From the IMG/VR virus record IMGVR_UViG_3300037722_001734, positions 1-40,470 of that record: 40,470 nucleotides of DNA. One strand, 5' to 3'. How positions within the stretch are numbered: the stretch's first letter is position 1; each line of letters begins with the position of its first letter. The notes under the pieces are model-generated. The model saw only the letters and a program-made list of their open reading frames with translations. It ran no database searches and was not told the origin of the DNA. Shown here in pieces: positions 1-7,541 of this stretch. Made by a program: the position numbers and the translations under genes. The stretch is from a virus. Lineage: Duplodnaviria > Caudoviricetes.

Positions 1-1017
1 TTAGGAGTCGGGGCGTTTGTCGAGGCGCTCGATGAAATCGAGCGGAGCGAACTGGTTGTACTGCAGCGCGGCCTCCAGGTCGCGCTGATAGTGGATGACC
101 ATCTCCAAATTCTCCCAGCGGCCCAGGATCTGCGTGGTCCTGGTCGAGGCCCCGGCCAGCTCCATGACGCAGGCAAAGGCCCGCCGGAAGGCGTGCGGGC
201 TGACGCCGTTTAGCTGGGCCTGCCGGCCCAGCCGCTTGAGGATGGCCCGCAGACCGTAGCGGCTGAACGCGGCGCCCGGCGTCGTCCCGCCCACCGAGAC
301 AAACAGCGCCTCTTCGCCCGGCCGGGCCACAGCCTGGCGCGCGTTGAGCCAGCGCTGCAGGAGCCCGGCGGTCCGCTGGCCCATGTAGCCGTAGCGGCGC
401 TTGTCGCCCTTGATTTCGGCCAGGACCCGGTTGACCTCGATCCAGCCCTCCGGCCCCGGGGCCAGCCTGACCCCAAACTCCAGGTCGCGCAGCCTGAGCC
501 GCCGGATCTCCCGAGCCCGCAGGCCCGAATCGAGCAGGAGCCCGATCAGGGCCGCGTCCCGGACGCCCTTGGTCGTCTCCGGGTCGCACCGGGCCAGCAG
601 GGTCTGGACCTCGGCGATGGTCAGCGTGCGCTGGGCGTGTTTCTGGCTCGACCGGGGCGGCTTGAGCGCCTTGAGCAGCCGCCGTTTGCGCTTCTTGTCG
701 ATCCAGCGCTCACGGCGCAGCCAGCGCACAAAACTCCGGGCGGCGCTGACCGCCTGGCGCACCGTCGCCGCCGCCCAGACGCCGTGCAGCTCGGCCAGGT
801 ACTCCTCCAGCACCGGCCGCTCCAGCTGATCGGGCCGCTCGATGCCCCGCTCGGCCAGCCAGACCCGCAGCCGCTCGAGTTGGTAGCCGTACTGCTCCAG
901 GGTCGAGGCGGCCTTGTCGTCGGCGCGCAGCCAGATCAGCCAGCGCCGCAGGCACACCTCCAGCTCGGTCGAGGTCGCCACAATGATTTCCAAGCGTGAT
1001 CCTATTTGAGACGTCAT
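1..1017 (-). CDS. int: Tyrosine recombinase / phage integrase
   Basis: SAM-like N-terminal domain. Catalytic motifs RDAALIGLLLDSGLR..E, K (IKGDK), HAFRR, GRW (Trp at the second His position, as in Cre) and IHY. SD-like AAAGGGGG upstream. Confidence 0.93.
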   Translation of the reverse strand: MTSQIGSRLEIIVATSTELEVCLRRWLIWLRADDKAASTLEQYGYQLERLRVWLAERGIERPDQLERPVLEEYLAELHGVWAAATVRQAVSAARSFVRWLRRERWIDKKRKRRLLKALKPPRSSQKHAQRTLTIAEVQTLLARCDPETTKGVRDAALIGLLLDSGLRAREIRRLRLRDLEFGVRLAPGPEGWIEVNRVLAEIKGDKRRYGYMGQRTAGLLQRWLNARQAVARPGEEALFVSVGGTTPGAAFSRYGLRAILKRLGRQAQLNGVSPHAFRRAFACVMELAGASTRTTQILGRWENLEMVIHYQRDLEAALQYNQFAPLDFIERLDKRPDS

Positions 1018-1058
1018 AAAACCCCCTTTCCGGATAGCTCAAATAGGCCGCCTGGCCA

Positions 1059-1092
1059 TAAAAAAAAGCGGCCAGGCTGAACCTAGCCGCTT
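1059..1092 (-). terminator. Intrinsic terminator upstream of int
   Basis: Minus-strand AAGCGGCUAGG-UUCAG-CCUGGCCGCUU followed by a U run. A G-U pair fixes the strand. Confidence 0.75.
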
Positions 1093-1162
1093 AGCGCTTT
1101 TATGAAAAGCGGGAAAAGGGAGCCCGGGCCTTCGGCCGCCAACCACCGGCCCGGACTCCCCC

Positions 1163-1171
1163 ATTATAGCA
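1163..1171 (-). promoter_or_regulatory. Extended -10 promoter TGcTATAAT
   Basis: Perfect TGnTATAAT in an AT-rich intergenic patch of a GC-rich genome. Confidence 0.65.
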
Positions 1172-1182
1172 CATTTTGAAAT

Positions 1183-1213
1183 AAAAAAAGTGGCCCGCCA
1201 TTGGCAAGCCACT
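1183..1213 (-). terminator. Intrinsic terminator
   Basis: AGUGGCUUGCC-AAU-GGCGGGCCACU followed by a U run; two G-U pairs on the minus strand. Confidence 0.7.
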
Positions 1214-1264
1214 CCTAGGAGGCGGACAGTCGAGGATTCCCGCCCTGTTGTCTGTCCGCTTCCT

Positions 1265-1293
1265 ATTATACACCACTGGTACCAGGGTACCAA
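1265..1293 (-). promoter_or_regulatory. Sigma70-type promoter TTGGTA-17-TATAAT
   Basis: -35 at 1288-1293, -10 at 1265-1270, exact 17-bp spacer. Two GGTACC palindromes overlap it. Confidence 0.6.
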
Positions 1294-1306
1294 ATTAGGA
1301 GGCTGT

Positions 1307-2098
1307 ATGCAACCGTTTGATGATGCCGAACCCCTTAGCCGCTCCGATCTGGCCGTCCTCCAGGCCATCGAGACGCTCACTCACGATGGCTACTGCGACG
1401 CCACCCAGCAGGAGATCGCCGAGGCGGCGGGCCTGAGCTACCGGCATGCAAAACGGGTCATCCGGAATCTCAGGCGGCGCGAGCTGATCACCAGCACCCG
1501 CCGCTACAACCGCAGTCGCCGCAAGCCCGTGAACCGCTACCAGAGTTATCCACACCGAAGGGACTCAATGAGTCCCTTTACTCGAGCCCCAAAGGGCCAT
1601 GATGAGTCCCTTTACCCAGGGGTAAAGGGCCATGATGAGTCCCTTTACCCAGGGGTAAAGGGCCATGATGAGTCCCTTCGGTCGGGTTTATACGCCAAAA
1701 TTGGGGCTTTTAAGCCCGATATTTCGGATAGTCTCATGCATGATTCATGCATGATGCATGATGATGAAATATCTAAAGAGTTGTGGATAACTCTGGATTT
1801 TTTGGACGAGGGCGAGCGCCAAAAACGCATCGAGCAGGCGCACTGCACGCTCGACTTCGGTCGGGCCTGGCGCGCCTGGTGGGACCGCCGCGACTTCGGC
1901 GCCCTGTACAACCCGGCCGGCTGGGCCAACATAGAGATGTCACGCGGCCACCAGCCGCCCCTGCAGCTGTCGCTCCCGGAGGCGAGCGTGACCTTCACCG
2001 GCCGCGGCAAGACCCGGGCCGAGGCCGAGGCCGAGCACCGCCTTAAGCGCAGCCTGGACGACGACGCGCGCCTGGATGATGACGGTTTCATCCGCTAG
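1307..2098 (+). CDS. Replication initiator (N-terminal winged HTH, internal iterons)
   Basis: AGGAGG then ATG at 1307. HTH ATQQEIAEAAGLSYRHAKRVIRNL, then NRY, a repeat linker and a C-terminal NPAGW motif. Lambda-O-like layout. Confidence 0.75.
   Translation: MQPFDDAEPLSRSDLAVLQAIETLTHDGYCDATQQEIAEAAGLSYRHAKRVIRNLRRRELITSTRRYNRSRRKPVNRYQSYPHRRDSMSPFTRAPKGHDESLYPGVKGHDESLYPGVKGHDESLRSGLYAKIGAFKPDISDSLMHDSCMMHDDEISKELWITLDFLDEGERQKRIEQAHCTLDFGRAWRAWWDRRDFGALYNPAGWANIEMSRGHQPPLQLSLPEASVTFTGRGKTRAEAEAEHRLKRSLDDDARLDDDGFIR
1558..1678. repeat. Iteron array / putative replication origin
   Basis: ATGAGTCCCTT at 1568, 1602, 1635 and 1668 (spacing 34, 33, 33). Two exact 33-bp units plus a partial third. 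The first copy is the palindrome AAGGGACTCA-A-TGAGTCCCTT. An AT-rich tract follows. Confidence 0.8.
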
Positions 2099-2129
2099 TA
2101 GGAACCATCGCCGGCCTGTGGCCGGCTTT

Positions 2130-2169
2130 AAAAAACAGACCGGCTCCGTGTTACGACGCGAGCCGGTCC
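2130..2169 (-). terminator. Antisense-oriented intrinsic terminator
   Basis: GACCGGCTC...GAGCCGGTC stem with an A run on its left (U tract on the minus strand). Confidence 0.6.
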
Positions 2170-2199
2170 TGACACATAGCGCCTGACTAGGAGGTCACT

Positions 2200-2433
2200 A
2201 TGGCTAAAATCAATCATATCAAAAACGGCCCGCTTGGGCCAATCACCCCCGCCGAAATATCTACCCGCCAGGCCCTGGGCGCGGCCCGCCTGGCCATCGG
2301 CCACCTGCTCTGGGGCGATCCGCCCATCGAGACGTTCGACGTCCGGGACCTGGAGGCCGCCCTGGTTGTGCTCGGCCAGATGAGCGAGACCCTGGAGCCC
2401 ATGCCTCTGCTCAAGATCCAGGGAGGGGGCTGA
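2200..2433 (+). CDS. Hypothetical protein
   Basis: AGGAGG RBS; TGATG coupling to the next gene. Confidence 0.7.
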   Translation: MAKINHIKNGPLGPITPAEISTRQALGAARLAIGHLLWGDPPIETFDVRDLEAALVVLGQMSETLEPMPLLKIQGGG

Positions 2434-3041
2434 TGACCAACCAACTGACCCTCCCCGGCGTCACCGTCGAAACCCGGCCCCCGGTCGGCACCCGCGAGTG
2501 GTACCAGTACATCGGCCGCAAGGGCGGCCAGGCCCGGGCGGCTCAAGCCGGCTTCCGGGCGCACCAGCGCCATGCCGGGCGCCGCTCGGCCGAGGTCAAC
2601 GACATGGTCGCGCTGGGCCGGCGCGGCGCCCGCGCCTTCATTCGCAAGTACGGCTACATCAAATTCTTCAACTTCTGGCGAGCCTGGAAGCTGGCCAACC
2701 CGTCCAGTCATGAACGACAGATAGCGGCCATCCTGGATCGCCTGAACTACGTCTACGAACGGGAGGCGATGGTGCTCGGCAGCCGTACCCCCCTGGCCGT
2801 CGACTTCTATATCCCTGACGCCGGCGACGCCGTCATCGAAATGTTGGGTCGGGTCCACTTCGATCCACTTTTCGACCACCCCAACCATATCCGGACCCGG
2901 CGCGAGCTCGACCTGGAGCGCATCCGCCGGGTCGAACGGGCCGGCTTCCGGGTTCTGGAAATCGACTACCGCCAGCTGGCCGGCGAGCATGCGGCCATCC
3001 TGGTGACCAGTAAGATCGCCGGCTTTCTGGTCGGTTATTAA
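2433..3041 (+). CDS. DUF559/Vsr-like PD-(D/E)xK nuclease-domain protein with N-terminal KGG-like motifs
   Basis: PSSHE..IAAIL, VDFYIP..VIEMLG.VH, D..R....ERAGFRVLEI. N-terminal IGRKGG and LGRRG. Confidence 0.7.
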   Translation: MTNQLTLPGVTVETRPPVGTREWYQYIGRKGGQARAAQAGFRAHQRHAGRRSAEVNDMVALGRRGARAFIRKYGYIKFFNFWRAWKLANPSSHERQIAAILDRLNYVYEREAMVLGSRTPLAVDFYIPDAGDAVIEMLGRVHFDPLFDHPNHIRTRRELDLERIRRVERAGFRVLEIDYRQLAGEHAAILVTSKIAGFLVGY

Positions 3042-3054
3042 AGGAGTGTACATA

Positions 3055-3210
3055 ATGACCGACAACCAACCGACCCCCGGCCAGATCCGCTACCGCCTGC
3101 GTTTCCTGCGCGCCACCTACGGCAGCGTCATCAATACCTGGCCAACGGCCGCGCAGCTCGAATACCTGCGCCTGCAGCGGCAGTTGCGCCAACTGGAGGC
3201 CTCCCGATGA
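3055..3210 (+). CDS. Small hypothetical protein (51 aa, not in the ORF track)
   Basis: AAGGAG RBS, MTDNQPTPGQIRYRLRF..., ATGA overlap with the next gene. Confidence 0.65.
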   Translation: MTDNQPTPGQIRYRLRFLRATYGSVINTWPTAAQLEYLRLQRQLRQLEASR

Positions 3211-3443
3211 ACCACACCGTCAACCTGGCCATCGCCGTCAACGCCCTCGTCGTCGACGACTACGGCGACGTGGTCCGGGAGATCATCTTCCCCTTGACCC
3301 TGCTGGCCGTCCACGTCCCGGACCGGCTCTATACCGCGCTGCGCTGCGCCCCGCTCCGGCTGGCCGGCTACCTGGCCGGCTGGCGGCAGGATCTCGGCCT
3401 GATCTGGCAAGCCGCCCGGCTGCCGCTGGGGGGTGCCGCATGA
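3207..3443 (+). CDS. Hypothetical protein
   Basis: ATGA overlaps at both ends; GC3-rich codons. Confidence 0.65.
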   Translation: MNHTVNLAIAVNALVVDDYGDVVREIIFPLTLLAVHVPDRLYTALRCAPLRLAGYLAGWRQDLGLIWQAARLPLGGAA

Positions 3444-4084
3444 ACGAACTGCACATCGCGGGTTACGTTACCTTCCAGGGCCGGCAGGTTCCGTTCGAGT
3501 TCAGCCTCGACGTGGACGCGCCCGGCCTGGCCCTGGCCCTTTGCAACCTGCTCAGCTACCCCGATGACCCGGGTCCGCTGGAGCTGCCGGCGGGCGTTGG
3601 GGCTGAGGCTGCCGGCGCCGGCGATGATATCCAGCCCCAATACATCACCAGCGATGATATCAAGAACGCCCCCACCGAGGCCCGTAAGTGGAGCCTGCTC
3701 GCGGCGCGCTTTCCGGAGCTATTTGCACCGGACCCGGCGCTGCCCCAGTCGAGCCGGCCGCCGCGCAGCCTGGCCGACATCCGCAAGCTGGAGCAGACCG
3801 CCGAAACCGACCCGCTCGAGCTGGACCTGGCCCGGCTGCGAGTGATTGCGCGCGAGGAGCTGACCAAAGCCAACAACGGCGAGGTCAACGCCAGCGAGGT
3901 CGCTCGCAGGTTAGGCTACCCCACCGGGGGTACCAAGTGGGGCTATGTCCAAACTCTGAGCCAGGTCCTGCAAGCCGAGTATGACGAGCAGGACCTGGCC
4001 GAATTCACCCAAAGTTCTTCTTCTACGGCCAAAAATGCCGGCCCTGGCTCTTCTGACGAAGAAAATGGCCGTCACGTGGCGTAG
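3440..4084 (+). CDS. Hypothetical protein with C-terminal HTH-like segment
   Basis: VNASEVARRLGYPTGGTKWGYV; coupled start. Confidence 0.65.
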   Translation: MNELHIAGYVTFQGRQVPFEFSLDVDAPGLALALCNLLSYPDDPGPLELPAGVGAEAAGAGDDIQPQYITSDDIKNAPTEARKWSLLAARFPELFAPDPALPQSSRPPRSLADIRKLEQTAETDPLELDLARLRVIAREELTKANNGEVNASEVARRLGYPTGGTKWGYVQTLSQVLQAEYDEQDLAEFTQSSSSTAKNAGPGSSDEENGRHVA

Positions 4085-4119
4085 AAGAAGAAGTAGAAGA
4101 ACCGTAGAAAGGACCTACT

Positions 4120-4344
4120 ATGAAAAACCCCACCGACCGAGACGTCATCCTGCTGCAAACCCGGCACATGCTGCTGGTCCAGGCCCGCTGCCTGCGCCAG
4201 AACCTGGAGCGGCAGCCACACTACGAATCGCTGCCGGTCTACCAGCGCGCGCTGCGCCGCGAAAAACGCCGGCGCACAGCCTACCTGACCGCCGTCCAGG
4301 AGATCCTGGTCGAAGCGCCGTTTCCCAAAGGAGAGCTGATATGA
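4120..4344 (+). CDS. Hypothetical protein
   Basis: AAAGGA RBS; ATGA overlap with parA. Confidence 0.65.
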   Translation: MKNPTDRDVILLQTRHMLLVQARCLRQNLERQPHYESLPVYQRALRREKRRRTAYLTAVQEILVEAPFPKGELI

Positions 4345-5117
4345 AACGCCGCCTCACCATCACGGTTGCCAACCACAAGGGCGGTGTGGGTAAAACCACG
4401 ACCGCCGTCAATCTCGGGGCCGGCCTGGCCGGCCTCGGCTACCCTGTCGTGCTGGTGGACTGCGATCCCCAGCACAACTGCACCGATTTTCTAGGGATGC
4501 AGCCCGCCCCGGCCCTGTTCGAGATGATCGTCAACCGGACCCCGGCCACCAGCCTGTTCCGGCGCTACAACGAGACCACCCTGGTTCTGATCCCCAGCGA
4601 GACCGCCAGCACGGTCGATCTGGAAACCCTGTTCCGCACCCCGGCCGCCCGGCTCGATACGGCCGGCGCCCTGCGCCAGGCGCTCGATGTGTTCTACTCC
4701 AACGGCAAGGGTAAAACGACCGTCGTCATCTGCGACACCGCGCCGTCGCTGTCCAACCTGCAGGTCAGCGCCCTGGCCGCCGCCGATTGGCTGCTGATCC
4801 CGGCCACGCCCGAATTCGCCTCGGAAACCGGCATCTCCGCCCTGGTCCGGGCCGTGGCCGATCTCCAGCAGGCCGGCTCCAGGTTGGAGCTGCTGGGCAT
4901 CCTGCCGACCATGGTCGATCTGCGCACCCAGGAGCACCGCCAGACGATAGCCGACCTGGAGACCGCCTTCCCCGGCCTGGTTCTGCCGGCCATCCGCCGG
5001 CGCATCGCCATCGCCGAGGCGCCCGGCCGCGGTCAGCCGATCTGGGAATATGACCCGGCGGCGGCCGAGGATCACGCCGAGCTCCTGGCCGAGGTCATGC
5101 GGAGGTGTGGCCTATGA
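4341..5117 (+). CDS. parA: ParA/Soj family partition ATPase
   Basis: Deviant Walker A NHKGGVGKTTT, VDCDPQ, ICDTAP. RBS AAGGAG. True start is 4341; no N-terminal HTH (type Ib size). Confidence 0.92.
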   Translation: MKRRLTITVANHKGGVGKTTTAVNLGAGLAGLGYPVVLVDCDPQHNCTDFLGMQPAPALFEMIVNRTPATSLFRRYNETTLVLIPSETASTVDLETLFRTPAARLDTAGALRQALDVFYSNGKGKTTVVICDTAPSLSNLQVSALAAADWLLIPATPEFASETGISALVRAVADLQQAGSRLELLGILPTMVDLRTQEHRQTIADLETAFPGLVLPAIRRRIAIAEAPGRGQPIWEYDPAAAEDHAELLAEVMRRCGL

Positions 5118-5545
5118 CGACTAGGAATCGCGGCGACCGCCAGTCGGGCCTGACCGCCTCGGACTCCGTCGTGCAGCGCATGGTCAGCGGCGCCCAGCAG
5201 CGCCAGCAGGCCGAGTTGGGCGCCGATGGTCGCGGCCGGCCAGGTCACGCCGGCCGGGTTGGCGTTGACAACTCCGGCCGGTCCAAGGTCACCCTGGACA
5301 TGGCCCGAGACAAACAGGTCGCATTGACCGAGATGGCCCGGGCCGAAAACCTGACCAAGCCCGACGTGGCCGAGTTTGCCATCGCCCTGCTGTACGATCT
5401 GTGGCGCGCCGGAAAGATCGACCTGGAGGCGTTCAAGACCATCGTCTACAGCGACAAACAAACCTGGCGCAGCCGGACCACGTTGCGCGTACCCGACGAT
5501 TTTGATTTTTTTTCCGAGTTATGCCAGCCGTTGGCTGGCGAATGA
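5114..5545 (+). CDS. Putative ParA partner (ribbon-helix-helix-like centromere-binding protein)
   Basis: ATGA-coupled to parA. Disordered N-terminus, then KVTLDM-helix-helix (QVALTEMARAENLTKPDVAEFAIALL). Confidence 0.55.
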   Translation: MTTRNRGDRQSGLTASDSVVQRMVSGAQQRQQAELGADGRGRPGHAGRVGVDNSGRSKVTLDMARDKQVALTEMARAENLTKPDVAEFAIALLYDLWRAGKIDLEAFKTIVYSDKQTWRSRTTLRVPDDFDFFSELCQPLAGE

Positions 5546-5609
5546 CTGGCGAATGGCTGGCGGTCGGCTGGCGAATGGCTGGCGGTCGGCTGGCGGTCGG
5601 CTGGCAAAC
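5523..5609. repeat. Seven 11-bp tandem repeats (GGCTGGCnnnn), putative parS centromere
   Basis: Units at 5533, 5544 (GACTGGC), 5555, 5566, 5577, 5588 and 5599, plus an inverted GCCAGCC at 5523. Confidence 0.75.
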
Positions 5610-5734
5610 GACCCACCAGGATCGCCGCCACGCCTCTAAACGGAAGGAATGCCTATGATCGGACGCCCATAGTGATGCGGCCCACCCAGGGCCAACAAGA
5701 GGCCAATTTTATTCCCGCCCGAAAGGAGTTTTTC

Positions 5735-6286
5735 ATGACTGTCCAAAACAACGAACCGAACCCTACCCGCGAGCTGGCCTACCTGGTCGCCTGGGTTGGG
5801 CTGGCCGGCCGCTCGCTCGACCTGGCCAGCCTGCAGGCGGCCCTGGCCGAGAGCCAGGCGGCCGGCAGCCAGTGGTCCCTCACGCCCGAGACCCTGGCCG
5901 AGATGCTGGCGCCGCCGCGCCCGGGCGGTGGTGGTGGGGGGGGTGGACCGAGGCCCGACCGGGCCGCCTTCCTCGAGCGGCAGGCCGGCAAAAAACGCGA
6001 CCGGCCCGGGGCCAACGGGGCGGCGGCAGCCCCGCCGCCCGATCCACCGCAGCCGCTGCCGAAGAAGAGGTCCAAAAAGAAAGAGGGAGTCTCGCTGAAC
6101 GGGTACGAGCAGCTCCCCGGCAAAAGGCGGTTTGTGATGCCGCCGGGCTGCTACGCCGTCTACCTGGTCCGCCTCCCCCGAATCGATGAGAGCGAGTTCG
6201 GCCTGCTCCGCACCCCGGACGGCGCCTACGTGGCCAAAACCCGCCCGGATCTGAGGCCGGGCGAAATCAACCTGGTGTTGAGGTGA
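5735..6286 (+). CDS. Hypothetical protein (Gly/Pro/Lys-rich linker)
   Basis: AAAGGAG RBS before ATG at 5735. Confidence 0.65.
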   Translation: MTVQNNEPNPTRELAYLVAWVGLAGRSLDLASLQAALAESQAAGSQWSLTPETLAEMLAPPRPGGGGGGGGPRPDRAAFLERQAGKKRDRPGANGAAAAPPPDPPQPLPKKRSKKKEGVSLNGYEQLPGKRRFVMPPGCYAVYLVRLPRIDESEFGLLRTPDGAYVAKTRPDLRPGEINLVLR

Positions 6287-6289
6287 CCC

Positions 6290-6742
6290 GTGGTCGACTG
6301 GAAATTACAGGCAGTTGAGCTAGAATTGGACCGGGCCCGGGCGCACCTGGTCGAGCTCGAGCGCGCCATGGACGCCGCCGACCGGGCCGGCATGTACCCG
6401 GCCGTGCCGGTCCGCGAGGCCTGGGAGCCGCGCGAAAACGGCCGGGAGTACATGTATCACTACTTCGCCCGGGGCCAGGCCGGCTACCGGGGCCCGGACG
6501 GCAAGCGCAAGGTCTACGTCGGCAGCGACCCGGACCGGATCGCTGCCGCCCGGCGGCTGGCCGGCAACCGCGAGGCCTGGGAGCGCCTGGCCGACGCCCA
6601 CCGCCGGCTGAAGCGCTGGCTCGCCGGCGTCGAGCGCGACCTCGAGAACCTGACCGCCGCCGCCGCCCGCTGGCCCCGGACGGACCTGGCCGAGTTGGGG
6701 CTGACGCCGCCGCCGGCGGTCGCTCCGGAGAGCCCCAAATAA
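6290..6742 (+). CDS. Hypothetical protein, probably DNA-binding
   Basis: GAGG RBS. Coiled coil / YMYHYF..GKRKVYVG / coiled coil. Confidence 0.65.
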   Translation: MVDWKLQAVELELDRARAHLVELERAMDAADRAGMYPAVPVREAWEPRENGREYMYHYFARGQAGYRGPDGKRKVYVGSDPDRIAAARRLAGNREAWERLADAHRRLKRWLAGVERDLENLTAAAARWPRTDLAELGLTPPPAVAPESPK

Positions 6743-6827
6743 ACAAACCGTTGGGGCCGCGCACCTGGTTGGCCAGGGCCGGATCGGGCGGGTGCGCAGC
6801 CCCAAAACTAGCGTTACTACGGAGGTA

Positions 6828-7025
6828 ATGGCCATGATGGGCAAAACAGCCAAAATCACTATCGAGGGTAGACCCGAGGGGGTGGAACGGATTCTTCGCG
6901 CCCTGCGCGCCTGCCTGGAGATCACCTATGAATCCAAGAACAGCCGCATCCAGGGCCGGCCCGACGACGTGCGGCGCTATATCCGGGTCGAGCCGCCAAA
7001 CGGAGGCGAACCGCATGGTAGGTAA
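6828..7025 (+). CDS. Small protein resembling DUF3970 (YvzF-like)
   Basis: GGAGG RBS; KITIEGRPEGVE...ESK....DVRRYI pattern. Confidence 0.55.
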   Translation: MAMMGKTAKITIEGRPEGVERILRALRACLEITYESKNSRIQGRPDDVRRYIRVEPPNGGEPHGR

Positions 7026-7281
7026 TCTGTTCCTGCAACCCCGCCCCGAAGGGCCGGACAGCGATTTCACTCGGATCGTGCGCGAGATGCACGACCTGAA
7101 AGCCGAGAACGACCGGCTGCGCACCGTTTGCCGGTACGCGCAGCTGCTGGCCTACCTGGCCCCTATCAGAGTCGTCGACACGGGAACCGGCCAGGAGCTC
7201 TCGGCCGAGGAGTTATATCAATTGACATGCGAGGTCCTCGGCGCGGATCTCGAGCAAGAGGAGGCAAACGATGCACCCTGA
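7015..7281 (+). CDS. Hypothetical protein
   Basis: GGAGG RBS before ATG at 7015. Confidence 0.6.
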   Translation: MVGNLFLQPRPEGPDSDFTRIVREMHDLKAENDRLRTVCRYAQLLAYLAPIRVVDTGTGQELSAEELYQLTCEVLGADLEQEEANDAP

Positions 7282-7537
7282 CCAACTGAACGAACTAACT
7301 ACCCTGGCCAACCGGCTCGGCGCGGAGGGCGTCTGGCTCATCCGGGGCGCTACGGGCGCCAGGATCAAATTCGACTGGCCCGCCGAGCTAACTCCAGCTC
7401 CAAAGTACGAGCCGGTCGACGGCGCCGAAATCAGCACAACCCTCGGCTTCAACCTGGCGCTGGCCGACGCCGAGCTGCTGGTCCTGCTGCGCTTCCCCAT
7501 CGGCGACGGCGGCGCGCCGGGCATCGAGTCGAGGTGA
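7271..7537 (+). CDS. Hypothetical protein
   Basis: GAGGAGG RBS. Confidence 0.6.
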   Translation: MHPDQLNELTTLANRLGAEGVWLIRGATGARIKFDWPAELTPAPKYEPVDGAEISTTLGFNLALADAELLVLLRFPIGDGGAPGIESR

Positions 7538-7541
7538 GGCG

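Noticed and set aside
1591-1678. 33-bp repeats as a CRISPR array
   Set aside because: The repeats are head-to-tail with no unique spacers, lie in frame within rep, and no cas genes are present.
3981-4340. N-terminal extension of ParA
   Set aside because: It overlaps two better-supported ORFs; the RBS and family alignment place the start at 4341.
5533-5609. 11-bp array as a mini-CRISPR or as coding repeat ORFs (5376-5639, 5446-5631)
   Set aside because: Units are too short, with only 4-nt variable parts. The overlapping ORFs are low-complexity translations of the repeat with no RBS.
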